DNA from: Eukaryota sp. TZLM1-RC
Lineage: Eukaryota; Protista; Metamonada: BaSk clade
Assembly (NCBI GenBank): GCA_040285825.1
Contig: JAUPSS010000005.1
Location: forward strand, 1,612,001 to 1,676,000
Reading direction: 5' to 3'
DNA length: 64,000 nt
Shown one piece after another: positions 1 to 11,160 of the stretch. Positions within the stretch are counted from its first letter, which is position 1. The number at the start of each line of letters is the position of its first letter. The notes below the pieces were generated by a model. It worked only from the letters and a program-made list of their open reading frames with translations, was not told the origin of the DNA and did no database searches. The position numbers and the translations under genes are program-made.

Positions 1-372
1 ACCAGATATTTGGTGAAAGAGAATCAATTGATTGTTGTGAATATATAAGATAAGAAATGTCACAGTTTTCAAAGAGATCAATTTTGTTTGGAAAACGATT
101 CACAAATTCAAAGATAAAACAATAAAAGCAACTTTACAAAGGTAGCTTGATTTATGAAAATCAACACCACTAAGATTTGAACCACAAGAAATGTGGCTTC
201 GTAATTGGGATGCATCAATTTCTAATAATTTTGCTAAAAAATTGGTTATTTGTTCATTCAAAATACGAAAAAATTCCAACGAAATTGACGGTGACGTTGA
301 TCTCAAAATGTGACTGAACTTTGCAGAATAACAAACCCTAAGATAAGAGAATTTTAAAGGTTTTTCAATATT
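1..372 (-). mobile_element. Degenerate internal fragment of CRE-like non-LTR retrotransposon (subfamily A)
   Basis: ORF 100..306 (MRSTSPSISLEF..NFLAKLLEIDASQLRSHI..GVDFHKSSYLCK) is near-identical to 51044..52090; DNA similarity continues to ~372; runs off the window edge. Confidence 0.85.
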
Positions 373-817
373 TAAATCAATTGTGTTCGTAAAAATACAT
401 TTTTGTTTGGAAATTTTTCCTCATTCAAAAAAATTTGCACAGAATTTATTATTCATTGTTGGTAAAAAAATATCTGTTTAGAAGCAGTGCTGTGAAAATA
501 AAGTTCTTTATATCAATTGCAAGTTTATTTAATTCTGAGAAAATGAGTTAAATGAGTCTTTTGAGTTATTATCAGAAGAACAAAAACAATTGATGAACCC
601 AGTGAAATGACTTTACCTAACGTTAAACGTACAAATTTGGAGAACAACAGCAGATTGATCATCTTGACTGAGAAGATAACTCCTTCTCCGAATAAAGTCA
701 TCCACAGTTGAATTTTTTACTTCATGAGAATCACTATTGACTCAATTTCGGTAGATGATACTTCTATTTCAGTAAGGACACTGTAATCAAACATCAATGA
801 AGATGGAGTCAGAAATT

Positions 818-953
818 TGTTGTACTGTGGACAATTAGTCTAGTACATTTATATTTATATAACATAGTTCACTAGTGATGGCCTTTATAAGGGCCGGTGA
901 AATTCTAATAAATTATTCCTTATTCTTTGTTATCATATATGGATAGAGCATCA
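818..953 (+). repeat. 5' LTR of family-1 element
   Basis: TGTTGTACTG...GAGCATCA; contains TCACTAGTGA palindrome (869-878), TATAA inside GGCCTTTATAAGGGCC and AATAAA. Confidence 0.95.
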
Positions 954-3900
954 TTAATTAATGGCTTGAATAGCCACAATGATAACCCTCCTTCCTCTAT
1001 GAGGAAGAGTAATGTCCCTTCTTTGAAGGAGAACAATCCACCGCCCTCGGTGAGTAATCCTCCACTTACGGAGAGTAATCCTTCCTTCGGGAAGAGTAAT
1101 CCTCCAAAGGAGAGTGAGCTTTCCGCTGAGAAGAGCATTGCCTCTCAGAAAGAAAGCCACCTCCCCAATAAGGAGAGTGAACTTCGCACTGAGGAGAGCC
1201 CTACCTCCCAGAAAGGAAGTCACCTCCCTAATACGGAGAGAGGTAACCACGTCGTTGATGTGTCAGAACTGTACACATACCCCGACAACTCCTCGGAGCT
1301 CCTTCCTTGTAGGAAGAGTTTTCTCACTCCGAGCGAGCAACGGAGATTCAAAGCGTTTGTTATAAGTACCAAATCTGACGCTTGTACAGAAGGTGAAGGA
1401 GGTGAAGGCGAGCAACAGTCTACGACTGGCTCCTCACGTAAAACTCCCTCCTCACCTACTTCTGACATCAGCTCAAGTGAGGAACCTCAAAGTGATTCCA
1501 GAGGATCTCTTAATCAGAACTACAGCAGGAGAGGGGATGAGAGCGATGATGAACCACCTCATACACCCAATCCTCCTAATCCAACTCCTAGTTTCTCATC
1601 TACGGAAAGGACTTCTCAGGGTCTTTACCGCAGGAAATTAGCAAAGGCAGTTGAGGCTGTAACTAGAGATTGCTTATTGGACCTCATCGCCAATCCTCCC
1701 GAAGATATACTGGATTGGAGTGATGACGAATTATTAAAAATGGCTGAGAATGAGTCAGAGCGTCTTGCGGGAGACGTAGACCCAGCCGAATGTGAGAAGG
1801 TGCGACGTGACTATTTAGCGAAACGTTGGCCCTTCCTCTTTGAGGAAGCCCACGGCAAAACACTTGACGACGTCGTCTACGAGAGTTATGATCAAAGTCC
1901 AAATCTTTTAAAGAGATTGGATGATCTTACCGATTCGGCAGTCTCGTGTGGAATGAGTGCAGTCGAGGATTGCTATTTTAGCGCACCTCGTTCAAAGTAT
2001 CAAGCTGCTACTCCCAGGCCTGCCAAATGGCATAGGGATGCAATTGATGACCACAAAATATATTTCAGTGGAAATCAAGAAGCTTACGACAGACTATTTT
2101 GGATAGCTAAAATGTATCCGCATAATCAACAAGGTAGAAACCTTAGAGGCGTCGTAAGGCATTTCCTAGTGGAGAATGTACACCCAAAAGATTCCATTGC
2201 GGACATTCTTATTATGCTTGGGGGCAGATTCGATGAATCTCGAGGTGACACCCTTCAATTTCATACCAAAGAGTCCTATATTAGAGAAATAGGCACTAGG
2301 GTAATTGAATTGAAAGAGCAACGTGTTGGCCCCAACAAGTTAAAACTAGTATACCCTGATGCATGGATGGCTAAACTTAAGGCATGGGTTGATAGCTGGC
2401 CCGACCAAAATGTTTTTGAGAATGTCTTAATAAAGAGCAGTTGCCTTCCATATGATCATAAACTAGCAGGGGTCCCTAGAGGATCTAAAGATGCACCAGA
2501 TTGGGTGGATTTAAGACCACCAGCCCAGACTGTACCTGTGCAGGAGGAACCTCCTAAGACAAGATTTATCATTAAGTTGGGCGAAATATTGCCTTCAGAA
2601 GAGAGGAATATGAACCTATATAGTACACCTTCTGTAGGGCCTCTGGCATCTAGGAGAGCTTTTTGTGAAGCAACTCCTACACAAGCATCTGTTATAAAAT
2701 CATCTATACCCACGCAACCCCTAGGAACGAATGCTCCTAGAGATTCTCTCGTCGACACCCTCGGTCTTTATAGAACTCCTGTAACAGACGAGGAGAAATT
2801 GAGGAAAAGAATAGACGACAAACTGAGATGCCTAGTTAAGTTAAATGAAGCGTTTGACGCCAAGAAGATCTTCGACTTCGTTCTTAACTTTGGCAATTGG
2901 GCTAAAACAGTTAGGGATCGCGATGGACCCACCAGAGCTTTTACGCCGATCACCAAATACGGTCAACCTGTTCATCAGTACGACTTCGTTAGATCTATGT
3001 TCTTCGAAGTGGACCCTTTGTATTTGAGATTTATGATCGAGGGTAAGGTCATCGCAGAATGGCAGAGTTTTTATGGAGGCCGTACAAACGTGTTAGGCAA
3101 CAACCCATCTGACGCCGAAATCTGGGAATATTTGCTACTCAGCACCCAGTACAAATACCCTACCGATGTTGAAAAGGCTTTAAGGTCTGTAAGACCACCT
3201 GAGATCAGTCGCAGAATGACTGCTGAATCTTCGTGGACAGCCTTCATAGAGCAGATCATATATATAATTCGACGCTCTACAATTATGCCTGGAACGGATG
3301 GTAATCCGTCTGTCGTCTACCCAGCAAAGATATTTCTCGAAACTATTAACGACAAAACAAACAATCAATTGATGGACACATATATCATTTGGATTGGCAA
3401 GTTTGATTCGAGTAACGAGAAACTGGGCGATGCGATTTACGATTTAGGTAACGCATTTGTTAACAAGGTCAATAGCCTTGAATCCTCGATCAAAGACATG
3501 AATTTGATAAGAACAGCTTTTGGTGCTCACGCTCCTGCGCAAAAAGGACGAAGCCAGTCAAAAGGTCCTTTTAAGAACCCTAGAGTAAGCAGTCGACCCA
3601 TCCCTTCAGAGCAATGGTGTAACTTATGTAAAACCAATAAACATCCTGAAGAGAAATGTTTTAAATTAGTGGGAAGACCTGGTTCAAAAAAGCGTCAAGG
3701 AGGTGAAAGACGTGATAGAAAACGTAAAAGTAGTAGTAATAAATCAGATGATTATACATCTTTAAACAATAACCTTACAAATAATTCAATCAAATCCATT
3801 TATAAAATGAGCAAAACAGATTCGAATTATAATCACCTAAATCCATTAAAAAGATTTAGAGAGTCATCCAATCCTGTGGGTTCTATCCACAGTGTTAGAC

Positions 3901-6900
3901 TATCCAGGGTAGCAGAGGACCAAGAAAGTTTTAACGGGGAACTTTGGTTAACCTGCACCATAAATAACGTGGAAGTACAAGGCGAAATTGATAATGGAGC
4001 TGCATTTTCAGCATTATCAATGGATTTAGCCTCTAAATGTAATATGACAGTTAATGACAATAAGACTGTCGAATACTTATCGGCAAATGGTATTCGCTCC
4101 ACGACCCTGGGATGTGCAAGTGGTGTTCTTGCTCTAAATGTGGGTAGCTTGGCCACTCAAGTGTTTTTAAGGATCGAATTCCAGATCATTCCTGGTACCA
4201 ATAATTTTTTGATCGGAAGCGACTTATTACAAACCTTGGGGCTACGCACGGAGCACGGTGTTAATATTAATTTGGATCGCGAACATCGCACCATCTTAAA
4301 TGCTGAATGTGAGTTTGATAATAGAATTTGTCAACCAATTAGATTCATTGAACAATTGAGTAATAAATCAGACTTAGGTAATGATTTTGGGCATTCCACA
4401 TTTAGACATGAGTTAGATGAGTTGGGCTGTAGAATATGCCTGGATGACATTAGGGACGAGGAACGCCTAGTCGTGCTACTCGAAAAATATAGAAATGTAT
4501 TTAGTGGGCTACCTCACCCGGATGGAATTGATTGTCAGCCGATGACCATTCCATTTTATGACGAAAGTAAGGTCGTCAAAAGGAAACCTCGAAGATTAAA
4601 CCCAGAAAAACAACGGGTAGCTGAGGAAATTTTTAACGAATTGATCCGTAATGGATTTGCTGTGCCCGCAAAGTCTCAATTCAGTAGTCCCATCTGTTTT
4701 GTGATTTACCCTGATCACAGGAAACCACGATTAACTGGCGATTTTAGTGGTATTGGTGGAGTAAATGATTTAACTAAACCTGTAGAGGCAAATTTGCCCA
4801 GGATTAGCGACATTTTAGAGTTTCTAAGTAAAGCTAATTATATAGCAACTCTAGATTTACCTAAGGCATTTTGGCAGCTCAAAATTGCAGAAGAGGATAT
4901 TGATAAAACTACCGTATCAATTCCCGGGATGTCGATCAGTTTTAAAAGGGCTTGTTTTGGTTTGAAGAACGTTCCTGCAGTCTTCCAAAACATGATGATG
5001 GAAATATTTGATTCTGAGGGCGTATTTATTTATATCGATGATATAATAATAGTAGCTTCGACCCTGGATGAATTTCTATCTAGAGTAGGTACGGTCCTAG
5101 AACGCGCCAAACGTTTTAGAGTTAACCTTGGCCTACCCAAGTGTAGCTTTACCACTTGCAAACATGAAATAAAAATTCTAGGTAGTATTTTTGTAAACAA
5201 AACCCGTTATATAGATGAATCTAGGATTGAGGGACTGATCAACCTACCCAAACCCAGGACATTACCTGAGGTTAGGAGTTTTATGGGTTCGATTAATTAT
5301 ATACGTGACTGGTTGCCAAACTTGTCTGATTTGATAGAACCAATCAACAAATTAACCAGAAACAAACCGTCAAAGATCAAGTGGACTTCTGATCATGACG
5401 AGGCTTTTGGTAAGATTATAAATCTTATCAAAGCAAATATCCCTCTTGAATTGCCCTCAGAAGACAAGCATATTTTAATAAGTGCTGATGCGTCTGATGT
5501 GGCTGTAGGTGGAGTAATATGGCAAGAAGCTAACCCACCTAAAGATCCTACGACACCGCTAATTAAGAGAAAGGTTGTACCTATTGCCTTCTTTAGCAGA
5601 TTATTATCAACTTCACAAAAGAATTGGTCTGTACTTCAGAAAGAGTTGTATGCAATTTTACTAATTCTCACTGACAGTAGTTTAGAAAATTATTTAATTT
5701 CGAGGAAATTAACTATTTTCACTGATCATAGAAATTTAGCATACCTTATATCAGCTCCTGAAAAGAACAGAATTGTGAAGAGGTGGCTACCAATATTGTC
5801 AGAATTCAATTTTGATGTAGTCCACACGGCAGGCGAGGAGAATTATTGGGCAGACATGTTGTCTAGATTGGTTGATACCAAACCCAAAACCCCTCGAGTC
5901 CAACAAGTGAGAAACTTGACACCTCACAGAGTTGAAGAACAATTACCCTATTTAAATTTATTAACTAGAGTTAATTTGTTAAGGGATGATATTACTCAAC
6001 CGTCCACAATTGAGCTACCCACGATCAATAGCTTATCTGCACTGAAAGAAGCAGTTGAGGATACTAAATTTGATTTATTTGACACTTGGATCTCAAAGAT
6101 TAGGCAAGAACAACTTATAGATGTTGATTCAAATCCTGATTATTATAAAGATTACAATTATAATTCAGATATTCAATTGTATACCAACAATCGTGGGAAG
6201 ATTGTTATCCCAGATAGTTTAAAGAAGCAGACTTTAACTATCATTCATGGACATGCAAATGTTGGCCATCCTAGTGTGACGACTAGCGTAAAGAAATTAC
6301 TCAATAGTGATTACTTTTTGGCCCGACATGCGCAAAGACATGATTAATCATATTAAGAGATGCCCAGCATGTCAAAAAGACGGCACATGTGCCTAAAAAA
6401 AGTCATTGAATCATCTGGCTCTCTTTGGGCTGATCGACCTTTTGCACGATTAAATGCAGATACTATTGGACCATTACAACAAGATGATAATGGATTCAAA
6501 TATTTAATAGTTTTCGTAGATTCGTTCACTAGGTATACGATCATTTGCCCTGTAAAGGAATTGAATGCAGTGGAGGCAACCAATCACCTCCTATGGAGTG
6601 TAGTATCAATTTTGGTATCCCACTGTTGATTCATAGTGACAATGGTATTGAATTTGCAAATACCATATTCAAAGGGTTATGCGATTTATTAAACATTGAA
6701 GTAAGTCGTTCACTAACTAGCTTTTCACAAAGCAATGGTTTAGTAGAAAGACGACACAGAGACATCTTACAAAGTCTAAGAAAGATTTTGGTGGACTCTG
6801 GCGATTATAGCAATTGGAGTGAATATATCCCAATTGTACAACTTCAAATCAATTCAACTATTAGTAGAGTTACTGGTCATTCGCCCTACAATTTAATGTT

Positions 6901-7591
6901 TGGTAGCGACCACAGCCCTAGAGCTGATCCTAGTAATATGTTTGAATTAATAAAATCAGCTAATGTTAATATTCCCTTTGTTAAAGATCTTGAAGCAAAA
7001 CTTGAAAGGATTTCAAAGAAGAGAGAAGAGGCAGAGCTCAGGCAAGCTCAACAACTGCCTGAAGTTAACAAACATAGGAACCCTTTTAATAAAGGTGACT
7101 TAGTTTTGCGATTAAAGACTAATGGTAAACTCCATGGTTGCTTCGCTGGCCCTTTTCTCGTTGAAGAAGTTAAATCCAATAAAAGTTTATTACTCAAGAA
7201 TCTTGTCACTGGTTCGATGTCTACGGCAAGTATAAATCATTGTAAACTATACCTTTCAGACTTCCCTAAAGAAGATCTTGATTGGCATAAGAATATTGCT
7301 GCTGGCGATATGGAAGAATCTGTAATCGTTAAAATTATAGATCACTTTGATTACGTAGATTCGAACAATAATAAAGTTCCTTATTGTACCGCAGTTTGGT
7401 ATGGCGGCGAGACTTCGTCTGTCCCAGTTGCTGACGTCAAAAGCACTGAGGCATATCAAACATATTTGCGCTCTATTAGTCCTCACACTACCAGGAAACG
7501 GAAGGTATCTTCTAATTCCAAATCTAAGACTAATTCCCCTGCAGTCAGTACTCGTAGCTCTCGTTCGAGATCTAAGAGAGGGAAAAGGTAG
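939..7591 (+). CDS. Single-ORF Gag-Pol polyprotein (four homopolymer indels at ~6315-6612, probably sequencing errors)
   Basis: CCHC knuckle CNLCKTNKHPEEKC; protease IDNGAAFS; RT LDLPKAFWQ/YIDD; RNase H DASD..KELYA..TDHRNL..ADMLSR; IN HHCC (HGHANVGH..CPAC), D-D-E (ADTIG, SDNG, GLVERRH), GPF motif, chromo-like tail. Removing 3 bases and adding 1 gives one 2217-codon frame. Start could be 939 or 999. Confidence 0.9.
7574..7591 (+). other. Polypurine tract of family-1 element
   Basis: AAGAGAGGGAAAAGG-TAG immediately before the 3' LTR. Confidence 0.9.
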
Positions 7592-7727
7592 TGTTGTACT
7601 GTGGACAATTAGTCTAGTACATTTATATTTATATAACATAGTTCACTAGTGATGGCCTTTATAAGGGCCGGTGAAATTCTAATAAATTATTCCTTATTCT
7701 TTGTTATCATATATGGATAGAGCATCA
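7592..7727 (+). repeat. 3' LTR of family-1 element
   Basis: Direct repeat of 818-953, no differences seen. Confidence 0.95.
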
Positions 7728-8571
7728 AATTGGATGAATTTTTTCAACACTATTGATGAAAATTGATTCAGATGAAAAGGAATGAGCTGATTGAGACTAG
7801 AATAATTTCAAAAAATAACAAAATCTGTGTTCATCAATTTTATTGAACTGAAACACTCAGTAAAATTAAATCAGAACTTTTTTTGTAAACTTTTTTTTAT
7901 TGAACCAGAACTAAATCAATAAAAATCAGTACTAATGGGACTAAACTCAATCAACCAAGATTTCCCCTACAAATCCTGATCTGCTTGATTTCTCGTGATT
8001 ACTTCTCTTATTTGATGAAAGAACCACGGGAATTTATTAACTATAGCGAATTGAATTCATAAGCGCCACAAAAATACAACAAATCTCTTCATTGTTTCTT
8101 CTTGAACCAATTTTTGGAAATCATCCAAAAAATTTCCTTTTACTGATAGTCTTCCGTTTATAGAAAATGGAAAAGCAATATGATGTTCTTAAATCTTTAT
8201 CTACAAATTGTTTTTGTGCTCCAGCAAATGCAAACGCTGAAAATTATTGTTTGTAGTGGAAAACTGTGGGATACAGTATCATACAAAGTTACAACACAGA
8301 TTGATTTACTTTTTCGCAATAATGACGGATGAGTTATCAATTCAGAATCTTTGACATTGGATATGAAAAAAGTGTCCACTATAAGTAATCTCACATTAGG
8401 CTAATAAGAGTATACGTTACAAATAGTTTAAAGTTGATTATTACTATTAAACGTAAATAAATCCAAAGGAGTTTCTCCGAAAGGTGGGAAGGTCAAAAAT
8501 GTCACATGTTCAAGATTTGGAATCTCCTTGAATCTTGTTCAATTTTAATCCTCAAGGATTGTTCTGTCAAA

Positions 8572-9882
8572 ATGTTGCCTTCTAGTGTTTCTACCGCTTT
8601 CGACGACAGTTATGTCGACAAGAACAATGTCCTTGTTCTCTTTGAAAATATGATGAGCTCTTTGCTTGTTGACAAGCCTTCCAATCCACTCGCATATCTT
8701 CAAGATATCCTTCCGCACATAGATGTTCCACGAATTGTTCTGGCTGGTGGTCCAGCCAGTGGTAAAGGTACCCAATGTGAAAAAATCGTAGAACGCTTTA
8801 ATGTCGTTCACATTTCCACCGGTGACCTGTTACGTGCTGCCATCAAGGAGAAAACTGCCATTGGTGTTGAAGCTCAAGAATTCATGAAATCCGGCTCACT
8901 CGTTCCTGACAATCTGATAATCAATCTCGTAAATGAAGCTTTGTCAAAGCCTGAAGTGAAAAAGAAAGGTTGGCTTCTCGACGGCTATCCCAGAACTGTA
9001 TCTCAAGCTCGTGCATTGGTACTTGCTGGACACATTCCCCACTGCTTTATTAACCTTCATGTACCAGATGAGGTTTTGATAGAACGTATATGTGGTAGAA
9101 GAATGGATCCTGAAACTGGTATTATTTACCATGTAGTATTCAAACCTCCTCCCCCTGCAATTGAAGACAGACTTGTCATAAGAGACGATGACAATGAAGA
9201 GACTGCAAGAAACCGTATCTCTCAGTACCATACTTATTCAGAGTGTGTTGCTGATTTCTTTAGTGACATCCATGTCAAAGTGGATGGTTGCAGAAACCCC
9301 GATTCTGTTTTTGAAGATGTGGAAACTGCTATCAAGACAGTTGCTAGAGCCGTTCCTCCACGGAAAAGACCAAGAATCTTTTGTATTGGGAAATCGCCTT
9401 TTGAAACAAGAGCCTTGGCTAGCCGTATCGCTCAGGCCTCTGGTGTTGTCCACGTGTCGCCACTTCATCTCTTACGTGATATAGGGGTTTCGCTTGAAGA
9501 ATTCCTTTCTGGTAGTGCTTCTGAAGCTGTGATTGCTGCGTTGTCATTACGTGTCAAATCTACTGATTGTCTGGACCGTGGTTGGGTTGCAGAGTTTCCA
9601 GTATCTACTGTAACAGAATGTCAGCAATTGTTAGATCTAGACCTTTTCCCCAACAAGGTAGTATTATCCAACCAAATGTCATTTGACGAAACTGCCGATG
9701 GTATTTTTGGAGTGCCTGAATGGGATAATTATATTAAAAGGCTTTCCAATCAAATTGATGGAGTGGAAAAGCTGGTGAAGGGGAACTCAAACTGTGCAAT
9801 TTATCATTGGAAGGAAGATGATTCGCTTAACCAAGTTTCAGGTCGTGTTATTGAATGGCTACGGCAGTTTGTGGATTGTTAA
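8572..9882 (+). CDS. AK8: Adenylate kinase with N-terminal docking (RIIa/Dpy-30-like) helix pair and degenerate second AK domain; AK8-like
   Basis: P-loop GGPASGKGTQ, HISTGDLLR, GWLLDGYPRT, LID RRMDPETGIIYH, RDDD; N-terminal LFENMMSSLLVDKPSNPLAYL; second repeat HVSP..DCLDRGWV lacks P-loop; ATG 8572 preferred over 8506. Confidence 0.8.
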   Translation: MLPSSVSTAFDDSYVDKNNVLVLFENMMSSLLVDKPSNPLAYLQDILPHIDVPRIVLAGGPASGKGTQCEKIVERFNVVHISTGDLLRAAIKEKTAIGVEAQEFMKSGSLVPDNLIINLVNEALSKPEVKKKGWLLDGYPRTVSQARALVLAGHIPHCFINLHVPDEVLIERICGRRMDPETGIIYHVVFKPPPPAIEDRLVIRDDDNEETARNRISQYHTYSECVADFFSDIHVKVDGCRNPDSVFEDVETAIKTVARAVPPRKRPRIFCIGKSPFETRALASRIAQASGVVHVSPLHLLRDIGVSLEEFLSGSASEAVIAALSLRVKSTDCLDRGWVAEFPVSTVTECQQLLDLDLFPNKVVLSNQMSFDETADGIFGVPEWDNYIKRLSNQIDGVEKLVKGNSNCAIYHWKEDDSLNQVSGRVIEWLRQFVDC

Positions 9883-10043
9883 AATTAAGCATTTGTACAT
9901 TAATAGTTGATAAATTTCTTTCTTTCAACAATATTATTCTTTTTGTAACAGTAAATTCTGAATTTCTGAAAACAAAGGAAGTTTATTTCATGAATAAATT
10001 AGACAGTATCCACATAACTGCTGTTAAAAGGCCTCAAATTAAC

Positions 10044-11006
10044 TCAACAATAACCAATTCTCCACACTAGGCAAAAACCACCTTTATCTCCACTAACTAT
10101 TATTCCATCTCCTCCAGCCAAGCAAGTGACGTCATCAATGTGACCGGTCAAAATCGATCCAAGATTCCCCCTTTCAATAGTAACTAAATTAGCTCCAGAT
10201 TTAGAAACTAAAATATTATTAGAATCAAGTGTGACACTGGTCAACAATGAACAATCAAATGCATCTTGGGAAATCAAACTAAAATTTCCTGAATTAAAAA
10301 TAGACAATACCCCATTACTATCCAAACAATAAATCTCCTGACAAGCTAATAAACTCGTCACTGGAGCTGACAAGTTGAAATTTTTGAAGTTTAGTCTTCC
10401 CGAAATTCGACTAAATCTCGTGTCGATAAAAACTACCCGATTCAAAGAATCACCTACTAATACATAACTATCATCTAGAAAACATGCTGAATAAGGGTAA
10501 ACTTGAAGAGAAGAACGTCTAGGGTCTGTGAGGTTAGTAAAAGAAGAAGGGACTCCAGTACGAAGATCAATGGTACAAATATTGGAGGAGGTGCCTATGG
10601 AAAGAACGGAAGGGGAGGAAGGATGCAGACAGCAGTTGGTGGAGGGGAAAGGGAAAGTAATGTTGGAGATAGGGGAGAGTTCTTCAACACTATAGAGAGA
10701 AAGACTTGATGATGTAGACGCAAGAAACATGTAAGAATCGAGGAAGGAAGACCAAAGGATGGGAGAGGTATGAGATGAGGATAAGGGAAGTAGAGTGTCA
10801 GGAGCAGAATGTGGAAAGGACAAGGAAGATATGGCGATAGTTCCATTTGAAAAGCCAGCAACAAGATTATCGGTTTCGACATCTAACGTGATAGAGCTGA
10901 CGGCATCAAGCGAAGAAGACTCAATGCTCAAAGGAGATGGAAAGGAAAGGTGAAAAGGGGTGTGAGAATGAGATAAGCTTAGCACAGACTCTACATCTTG
11001 ATCCAT
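10044..11006 (-). CDS. WD40-repeat protein, possibly divergent ERCC8/CSA-like
   Basis: 320 aa; LVAGFSNGTIAI, IDLRTG, FIDTR, C-terminal LTGHIDDVTCL..IVSGDKGGFCLVW. Confidence 0.7.
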   Translation of the reverse strand: MDQDVESVLSLSHSHTPFHLSFPSPLSIESSSLDAVSSITLDVETDNLVAGFSNGTIAISSLSFPHSAPDTLLPLSSSHTSPILWSSFLDSYMFLASTSSSLSLYSVEELSPISNITFPFPSTNCCLHPSSPSVLSIGTSSNICTIDLRTGVPSSFTNLTDPRRSSLQVYPYSACFLDDSYVLVGDSLNRVVFIDTRFSRISGRLNFKNFNLSAPVTSLLACQEIYCLDSNGVLSIFNSGNFSLISQDAFDCSLLTSVTLDSNNILVSKSGANLVTIERGNLGSILTGHIDDVTCLAGGDGIIVSGDKGGFCLVWRIGYC

Positions 11007-11160
11007 TATCCTCGTACATTATATCTGAGACAAAGAAGAGTAAAATAGAGTGACAGATTTCGTCTCTTTTCGCAGTTTAAAGGCAAGAAAATAATTTCAC
11101 ATTCTTTCCTCAAACCTTTAAACCTTTGAAGTTTATCTTTGTGTTGTGTTTCAAACCTCT

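Larger units (their letters stand above)
818..7727 (+). mobile_element. Full-length Ty3/Gypsy-type (chromodomain-bearing) LTR retrotransposon, family 1
   Basis: Two apparently identical 136-bp TG...CA LTRs (818-953, 7592-7727); 4-bp TSD AATT (814-817, 7728-7731); PPT; domain order Gag-PR-RT-RH-IN-chromo. Confidence 0.97.

Noticed and set aside
962-976. TGGCTTGAATAGCCA as tRNA PBS
   Set aside because: Starts 8 nt from the LTR, matches the local tRNA-Lys 3' end for only 5 nt (TGGCT), and is part of a hairpin; cannot be fully excluded without the tRNA set
8545-10882. Short antisense and overlapping ORFs within the AK and WD40 genes (and similar ones within DRG1, WDR26 and the retroelements)
   Set aside because: No motifs; expected by chance opposite real coding sequence
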